Assembly (NCBI RefSeq): GCF_000143415.4
Contig: NW_003314275.1
Span: 935,955 to 999,954, forward strand
Reading direction: 5' to 3'
Source of the DNA: Selaginella moellendorffii
Lineage: Eukaryota > Plantae > Lycopodiophyta
DNA length: 64,000 nucleotides
The notes beneath the pieces were generated by a model that worked only from the letters and a program-made list of their open reading frames with translations, made no database searches and was not told the DNA's origin. Made by a program: the position numbers and the translations under genes. Shown one piece after another: positions 26,960-41,150 of the stretch (positions are counted from its first letter, which is position 1; each line of letters begins with the position of its first letter).

Positions 26960-27888
26960 GCTTAAATAAGCCATCTTTGGACATTCAGTTGTTGGATGTT
27001 GATATTAATTTCTGTTGCAGCAAACCTTGTTTCTCAGAAAAAGAAAAAGTAGGTTATCCCAGGAATTCAGTGGTGAAACCTTCATTCCATAATGGTTTCT
27101 TTCTTGAGCTTGACAACCACAGAAAGGATATTATACGTTCACCATAATGGCGCAAGCTCTCGCTCATTCCTAAGCCCGTGGGAATGTTTTATAAGGCTGT
27201 CATACGTTAAGAAGCAATTAGTGTCCGATTTGGACGGGAACCTGATGGCCGGATATCTGGCTGGAATAAACAAATATATTGGCAAAATCAAATAATTTTG
27301 CAACGCTTTGTGCGCTTGTTCTTGCTCTCCCTCCTTTGCATCTTGCAAGCTACTGTGATCAGAGCAAGCTCTTCTGCCTGCAGTCATCTCGGGATGATGG
27401 GAAAAGCCAAGAGCTACTTGTCGTCCATAGCCCAAGACTACAGCATGTCCACGATCATGGAACACTTAAGATGCTTGGTGGATCTCCTGGGGAGATCTGG
27501 GAAGCTAGACGAGGCCAGTGTCGAGCAAAATTTCAGCGCTGGAGAATGAAAGAGTGGGGAAAAGTCCGATGCTAGTGTAGCTCCAACCATTCTTCTCAAT
27601 CCCTGTCGAATACACTCGAAGGAATGTCCCCGAATGAGGCTCGAATGTGCCCTTGGCACAAGTGATCCAGGCCAGGCCATCGCAATCTTCCACGAGAAAG
27701 AACCTCGATCTTTCATCTTCTGGAAGATTTCCAGCGCCCGCACTTTCCATACATTTCCATGACCAGATTAGCAAGGAACCTGGAGGCCCCTGGAGATGAT
27801 TTTCCTCGTGGATGCGTGGATGCGCCTTCCCCCTCCCAGATCTGTGCTCACCGCATTCTCGCCCAGGCACCCACCGCTGGAGATCGCT
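26960..27888. repeat. Inverted copy of ~10105-11140 (PPR mosaic)
   Basis: Near-identical peptides on opposite strands (KKQLVSDLDGNLMAGYLAGI; SSSACSHLGMMGKAKSYLSSIAQDYSMSTIMEHLRCLVDLLGRSGKLDEA). Confidence 0.93.
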
Positions 27889-27975
27889 CCTCCTTCCTGC
27901 AACTCTTCGCTGGATGGCACCTCCTCGTCAAGGCTCAAGAACGATGCCATGGAAAACCACTGCCATTGCCATTAT

Positions 27976-28262
27976 CATACTTGCATCCGAACATTCGAAC
28001 GCAACCGGATTCGAACGGGTATCGAACGTTTAATACCCGTTTAGCTTTTTTTCGAACGGGTATAATGGTTTTCAGTTTTTCTCGAACCCTAATTTTACAG
28101 TTTTTTTTCGAATACATGAACCCTAATCCTAAGTAAAAGAAAGCATATTCTTTAGGGTTTTTAAAAATATTCTTGGTGTTTAAACGCCGTTTTAAACGCC
28201 GTATTATACACACGTTTTAAACGGTGTTTTTTATTAATCGTACCCGTTCGAATGCAAGTATG
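27976..28262. mobile_element. Non-autonomous hAT-type element (MITE), 287 bp
   Basis: TIRs CATACTTGCATCCGAAC ... GTTCGAATGCAAGTATG. Exact 8-bp TSD GCCATTAT at 27968-27975 and 28263-28270. Subterminal TTCGAAC repeats. Confidence 0.9.
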
Positions 28263-28799
28263 GCCATTATACGCTACTGCTGCACATTTTCGATCCAGGG
28301 GGCTCTTTACCCGGGCGGTCTGCTGCTGCCGGGCGTGCTCTATGAGTCGAGCAGCATGGTCTTTCTTCTCAGTCTCAGACATCTTCAAACTAGGCTCACA
28401 AGCACAAGCACTGCTTTTCCGCGGTATGTATGGTTCTTCTCGTGCTCGTTGTGCTTATACTCTTGTCCAGTTCAGATCGCTTCATTCCTCATCTTCGCCA
28501 CCCTTTGGCCTGGACCATTTTCCAAGATAAAATGGAGGCTTGTAGTTCATCAACATCCAAGGCGTGGAGTGACCACAACGCAACTTGTGATGAGATGAGT
28601 TGGTGACTTGGTATACTTTTTTGTGTTATGCCATCTGCTCTTTGGAAACTTTTGAGAAAGCTTGCTCTCAGCTGATTGAGTTTGAGCTTGGTCAAGGCTC
28701 TCACAGGTTTATTGGATCTCTGGTGCAACCCTGGAGTTTTGTTTGCGGGTGAGTAAGCTTTCACGGTTTCAGAGCAATATATTATTGCCAAGAAAAGGC

Positions 28800-30680
28800 A
28801 TCAAAACTTGGAGCTCTGAGTCTCACGCCCCGAGGATTTGAAAGGATCCAAACCTATGGACCTCCAGCTTTGACAACCAAGTGAAGAATAGATTCCCGGG
28901 ACCAGGGTGCCTGGATCAAATCAAACTCGAGCTCAGACAAGCCATCTTCCAGAACAATATCTTAAACGGATGTTGCTGGTTCTTGTTGCAGCATACTTAT
29001 ACTTTATTTCTCAAAAGTAACTTCTGCATCAGCTGCTTGCTCAGATTGAGATGTAGAGTCCATCCAACCCGTTTTGTTTGCCATGGCCTCGCCAGAGCAT
29101 GGAGAAAGTCCATCGAGAAGAGAATGGTTTCTTTCTTGAGCTTGACAGCAGCAACGAGCTGAGCGCCATGCGCCCACAAAACTTGCGCCGCTGTTTACAT
29201 TATGGTATACGTTAAGAAGCAATTAGTGTACACTTTGGATGGGAACCTGATGGCCGGATATCTGGCTAGAATAAAAAAATATATTGGCAAGGTCACAGGT
29301 TCGAATCCACAGCCAGAGACCCAATCAAATGAACGAGGGATTTCTCTTCTGGCAGCGTTTCTGGAGCTAAATCTTCTATCGTGCCGATCCTCCAGGCGCG
29401 ACGCCACGAATGATCCACGCCGCCGCGCCGGGTTCAGGCTCTTGGATCGTGCGATATTCCCTTTCGCTGGCAAATGCGAGCAGCAAGAACAGGGCATTCG
29501 ATCGATGCGGCGTCAATCTTGTTCGATTGAATGTCCCAGAGGAATCTCGTGTCCTGCAACACGGTCGTACAATCCTACTTCAATCTCAGCCAGGCAAACA
29601 AAATCTTGGATTGACGTGGTCGGCTAGCGCTCACTCAGTACACTGTATGCCCAGTCCGGGCATCTTGAGAACTCCAAGAACATGGAGTTCCGTGATCGTC
29701 TTGATCACCGCGTATGTGGCGGCATCCCGCATCCGAGAGTGAGAGTCTATGTTTGATTGCGTCTCAGAGCGCCATGGAACTCGATGATAATGGCGCTCGC
29801 GCAGCAGGGGCAAATTGTGGCAGCGAAATCGAGACCTTGGGCAAAAACGCCGGCCAAGGATCTCATGTCCAATCTACTGCCCAGAATGACAGGACGTCCC
29901 CTTCCAGCAGTGAATACCAGAGGGGGACCGCCAAAGAGACCTTTGATTTCATGCCGGATCAAGACGTGGTGCATGGACGGCGATGACGACAGCCACCAAG
30001 GCTTCGTCGCCCTCATGAAGAACAGCTTCGGTCAAGAATTCAGTACCGTGGATCCGCGAGAATGGGCATTTTGACAAGGCCCTGGCAGCGCTCAAGTTGA
30101 AACTTGCGTGAGACAATGGTCTTGCGCAGGATGTCGTGAACGAGAGCATGAAGATGCGCACCTTGCTTTCCTGGACGACCAACGCTCAAAACGCTTGAAG
30201 GACAAAATCAGGAGTCAGAACCATACTCGTTTGTTTGTGACTTGTGACTTGTTTATGTTTCCGCAGACAGTATCCATCGCCATGGTTACGCGCAGAACAA
30301 CGAGAGCGAGCTCGCCCTGGAGCTGTTTTCGTGCATGCCTGCCAGATCGGGCTGCGTGCCGGATGCGAGAAGTTTTGTTGCGGCTCTCAAGGCTTGCGCG
30401 GGCTTGGCGAGCAAAGAGGAGCCAGGTCCAGGGACGGGCCGTGAAGAGGATGGCTTTGGAGAGAGGCATGGAGATCCATTCCCAGGCCGAGGAGCGGGGA
30501 TTTGCGAGTGACATCTTTCTGGCGACAACGCTGGTGGATATGTACGCCAAATCTTGTCGGATCCTGGAGAGCAGCTACTGGCCGAATCGATACCTCTCCA
30601 ACATGATCGCTTCCGAAGCGTTTCCAGCCCAGAATCGACCAAGCCATTTCAGAATCTGGACAATTGCAGTCCGGGGGTAA
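28800..30680. pseudogene. Further diverged inverted copies of copy-A segments (28800-29330 ~ 10780-11260; 29700-30190 ~ 12080-12625) plus more PPR fragments
   Basis: KKQLVYTLDGNLMAGYLARIKKYIGKVTGSNPQPETQS; WNSMIMALAQQGQI; ALERGMEIHSQAEERGFASDIFLATTLVDMYAK. Confidence 0.8.
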
Positions 30681-30965
30681 TCTCGATGCGATCAACTTCA
30701 CGAGCTTCCTCAAGGTAGCGCGTGGATCCTCCAAATCTCTGGCCTCGCAGCGGATGTCGTCCACGTGGACAGTCAGATGGATTTCAAATCTTCTTTTGCA
30801 TTCCAAATCCAATGAGAAGTGCTGAAACTATATTTTATTATCTCCCAGTGTTCATGGCTTTGTGGTTATAGCATGCATGCTGTAATGTTCTATTGTGTAG
30901 GGTTGCTGGGTTCGATTCGCCTCAATTTTCAATTAAGAATAATACGGTTTTAGGGTCGCCCCCTA

Positions 30966-31063
30966 ACATGAACACTATTTTATTATTTTATTATTAAATT
31001 AACTGTGTTGAGTTACATGAACACTATTTTATTATTTTATTATTAAATTAACTGTGTTGAGTT
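30966..31063. repeat. Perfect two-copy AT-rich tandem duplication (~49 bp)
   Basis: acatgaacactattttt attattttattattaaattaactgtgttgagtt occurs twice. Confidence 0.9.
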
Positions 31064-31989
31064 TCTGGGTGTTAAGTTGGTACTAGATCATAGTAAAGAA
31101 GCAAAACCAAACTTGTAATCAATGGAATCCATTCTTACAGACTTAAACAGACAGATCATTAAACAGTATTAACTTAGGTGCATCTCCACTGTAGTCATGC
31201 AATCAAATTTTGTGGAAGGGAAGATATATATTTGATTTGCTCCAACAGCACACAAACAGCACAAATATGCCATTGAGCTTACCAATTCAATCATATATAC
31301 CAAATTCTCATCAATTGTCACTTTAACATAATCGATCAATCACACACAATGTTGTGCCATTGAATTCTTGATGACCCTGCCAGCATATGCAAGCCTTCCT
31401 CACCATTTGAACAAGAAAGACGCTAGACAAAATAGTGAGTGAGAATGAACTTTTAAACGCAGTTTATATTAGTGGTAACTACAAACAAATAAAAGGTTAA
31501 GAGCGATACATCACAGCCGTTGGATTAAAGTATATCTTAGAATATACCATCCAAACTGTTAGATTTTAGTGCGCATGGCTATGGACCTGCGCTGGGAGGT
31601 GAGAGAGACTCGGGTATTCATCTTCCTCTGTGCAGTGGAAAGCTCCCAGATGTTTGGGTGGCTTGAATCCCTCGGAGCTCTCCATCCGGTTGCACCCAGA
31701 CAAAGGCGACGTTTTCCATCCCCTCTCTCTCAACTACACAACAGGCCTGGCGTGCCGGACTTGGGACGAGCTGGTCCAGGAGCTCAGCTGCATCTATTCT
31801 GACGCAATTGCTTCGCTCCCTGATGCATCCCTTCCAGATGCCAAGACACGGCAAAATGCAGCAATCGTCCAAGGCATCCAGCCGCCCAAGGACGAAAGGG
31901 AGCTGGCTTGGATGTCAAAGCTGTCCGAGATTTGCAGAGGTAGGATCCACGTGGACTTGCTTTTGTGCCACAAATTCATGCACCATCTG

Positions 31990-32862
31990 GACGTGAACAT
32001 CGGCATCGTTGCCCTCACGAAGAACAGCTTCGGTCAAATCCCGGAGAAGAATCCAGTCCTGTGGATCCTCGCATTTGCGAGAATGGGCATTTTGACAAGG
32101 CCGTTCACAAGATCCTGCACAAGACCATTGTCTGCTGGATAGCTCTCACGCAAGTTTCAACTTGAGCGCTGCCAGGAGCATGTTTGAGAGCATGAAGATG
32201 CGCACCTTGGTTTCCTGGACGACCAACGCTCAAAACGGGCACTGCGACCGAGCAGTGGAAGTCTTCCAGCTTATGAATCTTGAGGGTGTCAAGCCGGACG
32301 AGTTGATGTTCCAAAGCATTTTAACTTTGTGCAGCCATGCCAAGCTGGGAACACTTGGTCTTGATCAGCCAATACTTTGGGATGGTGGCGAGGAGGGGGT
32401 ACCTTATATTTCTGCATGATCGATGTCCTGGGTCGATCCAGGAGAACTTTGAGTGCAAAGGAGCTTGTCAAACTCAATGCCATTCCTTCCAGATGTTGTG
32501 AGCTTTGGATGGGAGCTTCCCTCTTCCATGGCTGATTGTGCTGAGAGAGTTGCAGCAAAGAGTTTTGAGGGCGCTGGAGCTCTACTACACTACTGGTCTC
32601 TCAAACATGTACTCTATCGATTACACATTGGGAGGTTGGACAAGGTCTCAATGATCTGGAACCTGATGATGTCGAGGCGAGTGAGAAAAGTTCCAGGGAT
32701 CAGTAAAGGAGGAGCTGCTGCACTACCACCAGCGTTGTGGCTTTTGGATTGATCAGTAGGACACAAGGCATATATGTTGTAGTGAAAGCATTGCTTTCCC
32801 ACAGTTCATCTTTCGCCCTTTTTGCTCTAAATACTCTTGTTGTGGACAGCCAGCCCGGAGTA
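31990..32862 (+). pseudogene. Inverted copy of ~11390-12330 (PPR/E-domain fragments)
   Basis: SAARSMFESMKMRTLVSWTTNAQNGH..RAVEVFQLMNLEGVKPDELMFQS and SMIWNLMMSRRVRKVPGIS match the minus-strand ORFs at 11487-12259. Confidence 0.92.
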
Positions 32863-35800
32863 CTTTGGTAACAATCTAAGTCCATTGGTAATATTGGATC
32901 ATGACCATATAGGAGTTTATATGGTGAAACACTAACAAAATTTTGCACCCTTATGACATATGCATACTGAAGAAACGGCAAATAACCATTCTAATTAGAA
33001 TGCTGAAAATTCACATACTTTGCAATCATCTTTTTGAATGTCTAAATGAGTTTTTCCACAAAACCATCTGTTTGTGAATCATAAGCACTTGTGAAAATGT
33101 GGTATATCCCCAACCAAGACGTCAAAACATGAAATGCTTCAACTATAAATGTGGGATTATTATTCGAAAGAATCTGCTCCGGACAACAATGTTAGAACAC
33201 CACTCAATTGAGGGGGAAGTACTTAACAGTAGTTGCAAAGGCATTAGCAAAAACACGAACTTTCGCCCAACAAATTAAATAGTCAGAATAAATAATAACA
33301 TACTCATTGCCAGTAGTCAATCATGGAAAAGCTCTCGTAAGATTAAATGCCACCAACTCAAAATGGACAAAAAACTACAATTGACTTTAACTGTCCTTCT
33401 GTAGCACAAGAAGGAGTATTACAAGCTTGGCACCAAACACAATTACACACATATCAGATAACATCATGTGTTGTCTCTCTGGCCAATAGAAATACTTGTG
33501 TAGCTTCTCTGTTGCACGACAATGTCCCATATTCCCACCTAGAATAGGAGAATCATGGTAAGTATGGAGAAACTATGGAATAAATATTAAGGCACCACCA
33601 ACCATAAATGATTATTAGGATCTATCCTCACAAAATAAAGAAGGCCATCTTCAAGATGATATTAAGAATGTAAATGTCAAAATGACAAGTCATCAGCAAG
33701 TGATGCAAGATTCTCAAACCCATCTCAAAGTTTTTGAATCCATGGCTCAATCTTTTGAGCCTGCAAACCTCATCAAGAGAAAGTAAATTTTGTTATGCAT
33801 ATTGTGGACACTAAACATCAAATATAACAACTGCGAACAGCACAAAATCCTCATTTAGAAAATCCATAAACGCTGGAATAACAGGCTCATCAGAAATATG
33901 AGAAGAGAGTGAAGAAGGAAAAGAAGTTTGAGAAAGGGCGTCAGCATCAGCCATAGAACTCCCCAAATGATGAATAACATCAAAATTATATATCTTAAAC
34001 TTCAAAGCCCATTGAACAATATGGCTAACTAAGTTTTTCTGCTTTAATAATGAAGTAACAACAACATGATCACCTTCCAGTAATGTCCAAAAACCATATA
34101 TATATGCATAAAGTTTCTCAAAACCCCAAAGTGCTACTAAATATTCTTTCTCTGTCGTGATATAGTTTGCCTTTGTTGGTTGTAATGTATGGCTTATATA
34201 TGCAATAGATGGCATTGACTAGCCACACTTAAGTTCTCTTGCATCAAAACACCTCCAAGACCAATATCAAAAACATCCATGTGCAAAATGAAAGGTCAAG
34301 TGTAATCAAGATACACCAAAACTGGAGGAGTCATCAATAACATCTTGAGATCTATGAACATCTGCTCATAATGTGTAGACCAAATGAAAGATGATGTTGA
34401 TAACTTCAACAATACTCGCAATGGTGCAGTGCAATTAGAAAAATGATCCACAAAATAACCAAGATATTGCATCTTGCCCAGAAAGCATTACACATCATTT
34501 ATACATTTCGGAGTAGAGATCTTTAGAACAACCACAAGTTTGTTAGGATCAACTTGCAAACCCTCACGAGAAATATGGTACCCAAGATAAATTGTGTTCT
34601 TGGACCCAAACATGCACTTCGATTGCTTTAGGTTTAAACCAACTTCTTGCAATTAATTTAACACTTTACGAACATCACAGATGTGTTCCTCCCACATTCC
34701 CTCCGAGTGGATCAAGACATCATCAATGAAGTTAGTAGTCACCTCTAGCATGTTGCAAAGAATCTCATCCATCATCCACTAGAAAGTCATTGGAGCGTTG
34801 TTCAAACCAAATAACATCACCAAGAACTCATATAAACTAAATGATGTACGAAAAGCAATATTAAATCTTCTTCGGCTATTGGTACTTACCAAAACCCAAA
34901 AATAAGATCTAGCTTGGTGGATTAACAATTTCTCTTTAGATGATCCAAGAGATCAATATTGTGAAGAAAAGGGTATACATCCAGAATCGTCACTTCATTT
35001 AACAAACAATAGTCGATGCAAAAACGAATACTCTTATCAAACTTTGTCATAAGATGAAATTCATATGCCCAAGGACTTTATGACTTCTAAATAACACTAT
35101 TTTCTAACATCTTTTTGACGTTTGCATGTAAAATCTTGATTTCTTTGGATGACCAATGACAAATAAGAACCTTGATTGAACAAGCATTTCCAGTTGGAAT
35201 GAAATGATGTGTGGCAATCTTTGCCCTAGACGATAGGTCAAATTCAAAAAGATCAGTATACTCCTTTATGAGCCGGTCAACTGCCTCAACACAAAGACTA
35301 TCAGAGGGATCGACAAAAGGAAGAGTGAAACAAGATAAAAATATAAAAGGAAGTAATGGGGAAACAAAAGTAAAAAACAAACAGACAAAGAAGTAAAGAA
35401 GTTAAAGGAATGGATAAAATATAAGGAAGTATGAAACAAAAGGGAGAAAGTCTCAAAGTCACATTTGGTATAGGTGCGTTACAACCAATCTATACCAAGG
35501 ATGAGGTCAAAAAATTAATTTAACATCACTTGCAATGACTACAACTCAAACTTGAGATCGCCCACACACATAACTATGTCCGCCTCATTCCGTGCACATG
35601 TATATATATAACTGTTGCCATAAAGAATAAAAACTAGTTTTGCCGTACGATGCAAATGTAAACGGCAATATGTAGCAACATGTCGAGCAATAGAAGATAA
35701 ACTCAAATCTATATCAACCAATATAAAGAGAATAATAAAAGACCTTTTGTTATAAAAACGAGTTTGGAAAGTAAACACTAGATGAACTAATGCCAAATAA

Positions 35801-36790
35801 ACCCCTTGATGATACTGCCAAAAGAAATATGAAGGGGTCATTGATTTATTCGCACATGGTCCCTCCGTTACTTGTGCAACTCCTTGTTTCCTGGATGAAT
35901 CTCGGTGTTTAAACCTTCCACGACAGTAGCATTAATAGGACGTTATTGACACCAAGATCTCCACCAAAGAAATGGAGACTGCCAATCCAAAAAATGCTGA
36001 CAACACTGATAAGTCTGACCAACTTCATCACATGCATAGCAACGAACATCACAACCATGACCACATCCTTGCCTTTGTCTTTGAATTCGAGTAGTAATAG
36101 CATCAACTTCTATTGAAACAGAACCATCTCCCATAGGAAATGGAGCTGAAGGACATGTAGCAAGAGGTGACGTTTCATAATGTTGTGCCAAGTGAAGGGT
36201 ATCGTCAAGGGTGGCTGAAGCAAATGCATACACCAATTTTACAAGATCTTGATGAAGTGTTAATCACAATATTCCCAGCTTGATCCACTTTGACATATTT
36301 GGCTTTGCATGAAGCAAGAAGCTTTAGAAACGAATGCTAAATTGTATTATTAACTCAAATGGTCCTTGACGAAAATGATGTAATTGTTGGAAGGCATCAT
36401 CACAATTGTCAGCATGTCTGAATATACATTTAAAGACATTTAGGAAAATACTCAAATCCCCATAAGTAATTGCGCTCAAACCATTATACCACTACAGCAC
36501 CATCCCTTGGAGACACGTGAGAAATTCATGCAAATGTCGAGCATCATCCCAAAAATGATATGTGGCAATCACTATAAAATAATCGAATTAATAATATACA
36601 TCATCCCCAAGATTCCCATGAAAGAATTCTAGCCAAATGCAAGGATTGGCACCAAGAGCAGGAGAAGTTGTACCATGTGCTATGAATGCCACCATCAATT
36701 GAGTTTAATTGTTCAATTGCAATCATATAACATTGAATAATTGCACCAACTCTACTCTAGAGTTAAAAGAGGAGGAGGCTATTACTCTGC
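32863..36790 (-). mobile_element. Second decayed Ty3/Gypsy element (gag-RT-RNaseH-integrase)
   Basis: RNase H IAYISHTLQPTKANYITTEKEYLVALWG...ADALS. Integrase end SPYKLLYG. RT remnants (FGLNNAP, FIDDVLI) at ~34700-34830. Many stops. Confidence 0.85.
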
Positions 36791-37316
36791 CATGAAGGTG
36801 AATGGAAAGGAAAAAGCAAAAAAAAAAAAAATGAAAAAAACTAAAAGGAAAGGGAGATTTAGATAATGCAAAAGCTAAATCTAAACTAAAATCCCAAAAG
36901 AAAAGAACAAAAGAAAAAAAAATGGAAAAAGTTAAATCTAAAAGTTAAATTTAAACTAAAATCCCAAATCTAAGCACTTCTTAAGGACAATCAAAGATAC
37001 CCTTTATAAGAATGCATAAAATATGGAAAGGGAATATAAAAAATTACATATTTATTAACTTAAAAACTATAATTTATATATGGAAATGAGTGGTTCAAAT
37101 TGAAACCACCCACTCCACTAATATTAGTATATGGCATCATAACCGTACACTTGGACCTCACTATAAATTATAAATGTAAAAGTAATCTAAATAAATACAA
37201 TCATATTTTAGGTACTACCACCCTGCTTTGCTTAAAACAAACCAAAAATTATGTGCTATCGAATGGTGTGATACACTTTAAAAAGAAATTATGTGCCATG
37301 ATAGAATCAATGGTAG

Positions 37317-38910
37317 TCACGCACACTTTTGTGGCGACCACTGCGAGAGGCACTCACGAATGAAAATGTTGAGCTGCGAGCTATAGATATCCGGGAAGCT
37401 CCTAAAGTGATCGACGTGGGGTGACCACAGCAGGTTGCAAGCCTTGACAGTGCGCCCACTTCTTCGCTGCTCTTCCATAAATGACTCGACAGACTTGGCC
37501 GGGATCACCCTGTCCGCGGTGCTGTAAATGTAGAGCTGCGGGCACTTTGGCTGCTGCTTCGAAAGAATGGTGACAACTTCCGACAATCTCCTGCGATGCA
37601 AAAAAGGGATTACTGCCTCGATGAATCAAAACAGGAAAGACTCACTTCTTTACATACGGAAGCTGTAGGAAAACCGAGAAGAATTTTTCGAGCATGCTCA
37701 CTAGCGCTTGCTCCGTAACGTCGGCCTGGAGCCGAGTTTCGTGCGCCTCCTCGCTGCTGTGCTTGAGGATGTCCAACACGTCCACCTTGCGAGTGGTAAC
37801 GCTCTTTTTCTTGAGAAACGCGGCAGAGAAACCGGATGCCCAGACCTGACCATTTGATACAAACTTCAGCTCCTGTTTGAAAAGAGAAAGCTCCGAAGCC
37901 TTTACCTGAGGATCAGGCTCTGCGACCGGGGCCGAATCCACGACGCATCCCTTCACCTTGTCCAGCAGCTTATTGTTCTTCTGCAACAGCCTCTCGAGAA
38001 GGACTCCATACCTGGAAAAGAAGAACAATAACTCGTTAGCACGTTGAAGAGACTGCGAAAAGAAGGAAAGTTACGTTAGCCATCCAGTGTTGCTAAAGGT
38101 GTGAAAGAACAGATGCTTTTCCTTGCCGTTTTCCTCCTCCTCCATCCAGGCCAAGAGGTGGTGCGCCAGATGATCGATTTGCTGCTCGGCCTTTCCACCA
38201 GCCTTGAAACTTATCATGTCGCTCATTGGAATGACAAAGGTGACGGCGTTGATCCCACGCTCCGTGTACCAGTCGGCATACTTCTTGAGGTGCTTTTGCT
38301 TTGCTCCAAGCCATCCCAGCAAAACCACCGTCACCTCCTTGGAGTTCTTCCTCTCGTTCTCGTCTCTCGTGGATTCCTGCGGCTTGGAGGAGCTCTTCGA
38401 GTGCCACGAACGAATGTACTTTGAGGCGGCGAAAGTCGGAGAAAAAATGGAAGGATAGCTGGGCTTGGACGACGAGGAGAAAGAAGAAACAACGCTGCGA
38501 TAGTGTGGCTGGCATGGAGACGAGCGTAGCAAGAGGGAGCCATCAGTGGCGGATAGAACAGCCAGGCTTGGAAGGATCGGGAAGAAGTGGAGCGACGAGC
38601 AAGAACACGTCTTGAGTGAATCGGAGACAAAGCGATGGACTGTCCAGACTACCTGATCGACCGAGGGGCTCTTGGATTCAATCGAGGAAGAAAGAGGAGA
38701 TTTTTCTCTCACGTAGGCGTTCGAGAATGGAGGAACTGGCATGGAGGGATGAGCTGCGTAGAGGAGGTATGGCGGTGGGCCGAGAGTGGCAGGACGAGGA
38801 CGAGGAGGAGCAATCTCGAACGATGATATCGCTGTTGCCAGACCAGCGGCGAGAGCTGCCAGAGGGCCATAGAGGCGCGTGGAAGTCCCCGCCATTGGAA
38901 AGGAATCCAA
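37317..38910 (-). CDS. DUF829 / TMEM53-like alpha/beta-hydrolase-fold protein, 4 exons
   Basis: VVLLGWLGAKQKHLKKYADWY, LFFHTFSNTGWLT|YG, KGCVVDSAP, CPQLYIYSTADRVIP, SPHVDHFR. Short GT-AG introns. Confidence 0.93.
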
Positions 38911-41150
38911 CGCGAGAAAAAAAATGGAAAAGGGGAATCTAGAGGCCTGGGATAGACTAGGGCTGTGTGATCGACAGCCCCGGGCGAGAAATTCAGCATG
39001 CAGAGGGAGAAATCTCTGCCAGGGACTGACCTTGGTTTGGAGTGAGGCGCCGGGCGATCGATCAAGCTACGCTGCTGCTGCTACTCCGTGTGTGGAAGTA
39101 GCCGGATGAGAATCACGTCAACGGACATCGAGGGAGGGAGTCAAGAAGAACTCGCGGAGAAAGAAAACGCGTGCGCCAGAGAAAGAAAAGAGCCCTAACA
39201 GAATATGCTCAGTATCGCCACTATGCCCTAAACCAAACTACTGGTTCCAAAATAGGAAAGCTATGAAAATGTTAAAAAGTGTTCTGAAAACAGACATGAT
39301 GTTTTTGAGACAGTCATTGGTAAGGGCTAGCTTTTTATTTGTAAATACTTGCGTGATTCAAAAGAATATGATGCTAAGAAAATAAATCTATCAAATTAAT
39401 CACGTATCTGTTGATATAGATGCCCAATCATATATTTCTTGCCATACCTTTTGTTAGGAAAGTTAAAATATTTTTGCTTGCTTTAAATTCTTAACAAATA
39501 TTTATTTAGTATTTAAAAATATAATACAATTCGGGAGGAGAAATGGCAGAGACAGTTGCAATTGCAACTGAGGAAGAGCATTGGAAGATAGTATTGTTTG
39601 GAAGTCAGCCTCATTCCACCTCTCAAAGGGAACAACAACCACTATTTCAAGCTAGTAACACTAAGTCAAGAAGAAGATCGCTCTCCGGAGGAAGGGAGTG
39701 ATCAGTGCCTGGTACCACTGGATCTGGAGATATGGAAGGCCCTGCCAGTACTGTTGCTGCTCAAGATTCATGTAGACCATCTCCCCTTGGATCACCTCCT
39801 CCACCTTGCCGACAGCTCACTGCTGCCATTCTCGTGCAGCCCTTCAAGCATAACAAGCATATGCTGCTGCTTCCGAATCAGAGCCTTGTCCTGCACAACT
39901 TTGGAGTCAGAGGAAACTTCTTCTACCTGAAGCTGGAAGAGGCTCCAAACTCCAATTTGATGAGAGGTATGATTACATAACAAAAGTATCACTAAAAACC
40001 TTAAACCCTAAACCAGATCACAGAGAAAGCTAATCTTGATTCTGTATTTTCATTATCTATATAGATAGTAATGTAGCAAGATTTAAATGGCTTTTAATAT
40101 TTAAGTAGATGATGACGCTGATATAACTGTTAGTATGTGGCAAAATATTATGAATTCCATGTAAACTCACAATTAAAATCATTTGAAATTTAATATGTAA
40201 TGACATGTTGAATGTTTCACTTTTATAATTCACAAAGTTATAGATTTAATTTTATTTATAGTTGAATTCATTGTGCTGCTCTTGTTGGTCTACTACCTCA
40301 CACTACTTCACTATTGCTTGTGTTGCCCCTTGCTCAACTTCCACTACTTGTTGCTGCTTACTCGACTTGTGCTGCTCGCTACTGCTCACTGCTGCTTGCT
40401 GGAGCTAGATTAATGTGAGTGGTAAAGGGCCTTTTGTTTGGTGCTCGTGATGACAAGATCGGATTCAAGCACATCTAGAAGTTCACATGAGCTCGATGTG
40501 AGGCCTCCGGCCCACAAGGAAATCCAGACAATACACACCAATGCTACAGGACCTGCAAAACAAAGCATGACAAGTGCCAAGTGTGAAAAAACCACCGAGA
40601 AAGATAAAAGGAAGATTAATCATCTGTTAGCAAAAAGATTTTACCTTAAACTTGCATGGAAGCATAGAAACTGACAATTGTTACATTGTCTTTCACAAAA
40701 TCTATATAAATGCTTACATCAAAATGTGTCAGGAAAGAAAAAGAAAAACCAATTGTGTTTTGCTACCAACTTGCTGCTTTCCTGCGCTTTGGATGATCTG
40801 ATCACCAAGCTGCAAGGCAAGAGACTGTGAGCTCAGGATCTGGCATTTCCCCTTTACCACTTACATTTATCTGCCACGGGCATCTCTCGCTCATGCCTGG
40901 CCTCGAGAATCCATGAAATCAATCACACTGCCACAATCGATCTTAGGTCTTGAGAAAAAATGCTTGGAAAGGGAGGAGAGAGCTTACTCGCATCGTGCAC
41001 TAGGACGAGACTGGATGAAGAGGACTGCACCTAGAAAGACCTCCACTATATGTTGCAACCAATTAACAAATGTTGGCAACTAGTTTAAACCACGGTTGAA
41101 CTTAAAATATACTGTGGAATAAAACAGCCAACTTATGAAATGTAGTAAGA

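Noticed and set aside
39540-41050. Short ORFs and intron-like segments
   Set aside because: No recognisable domain or consistent gene model.
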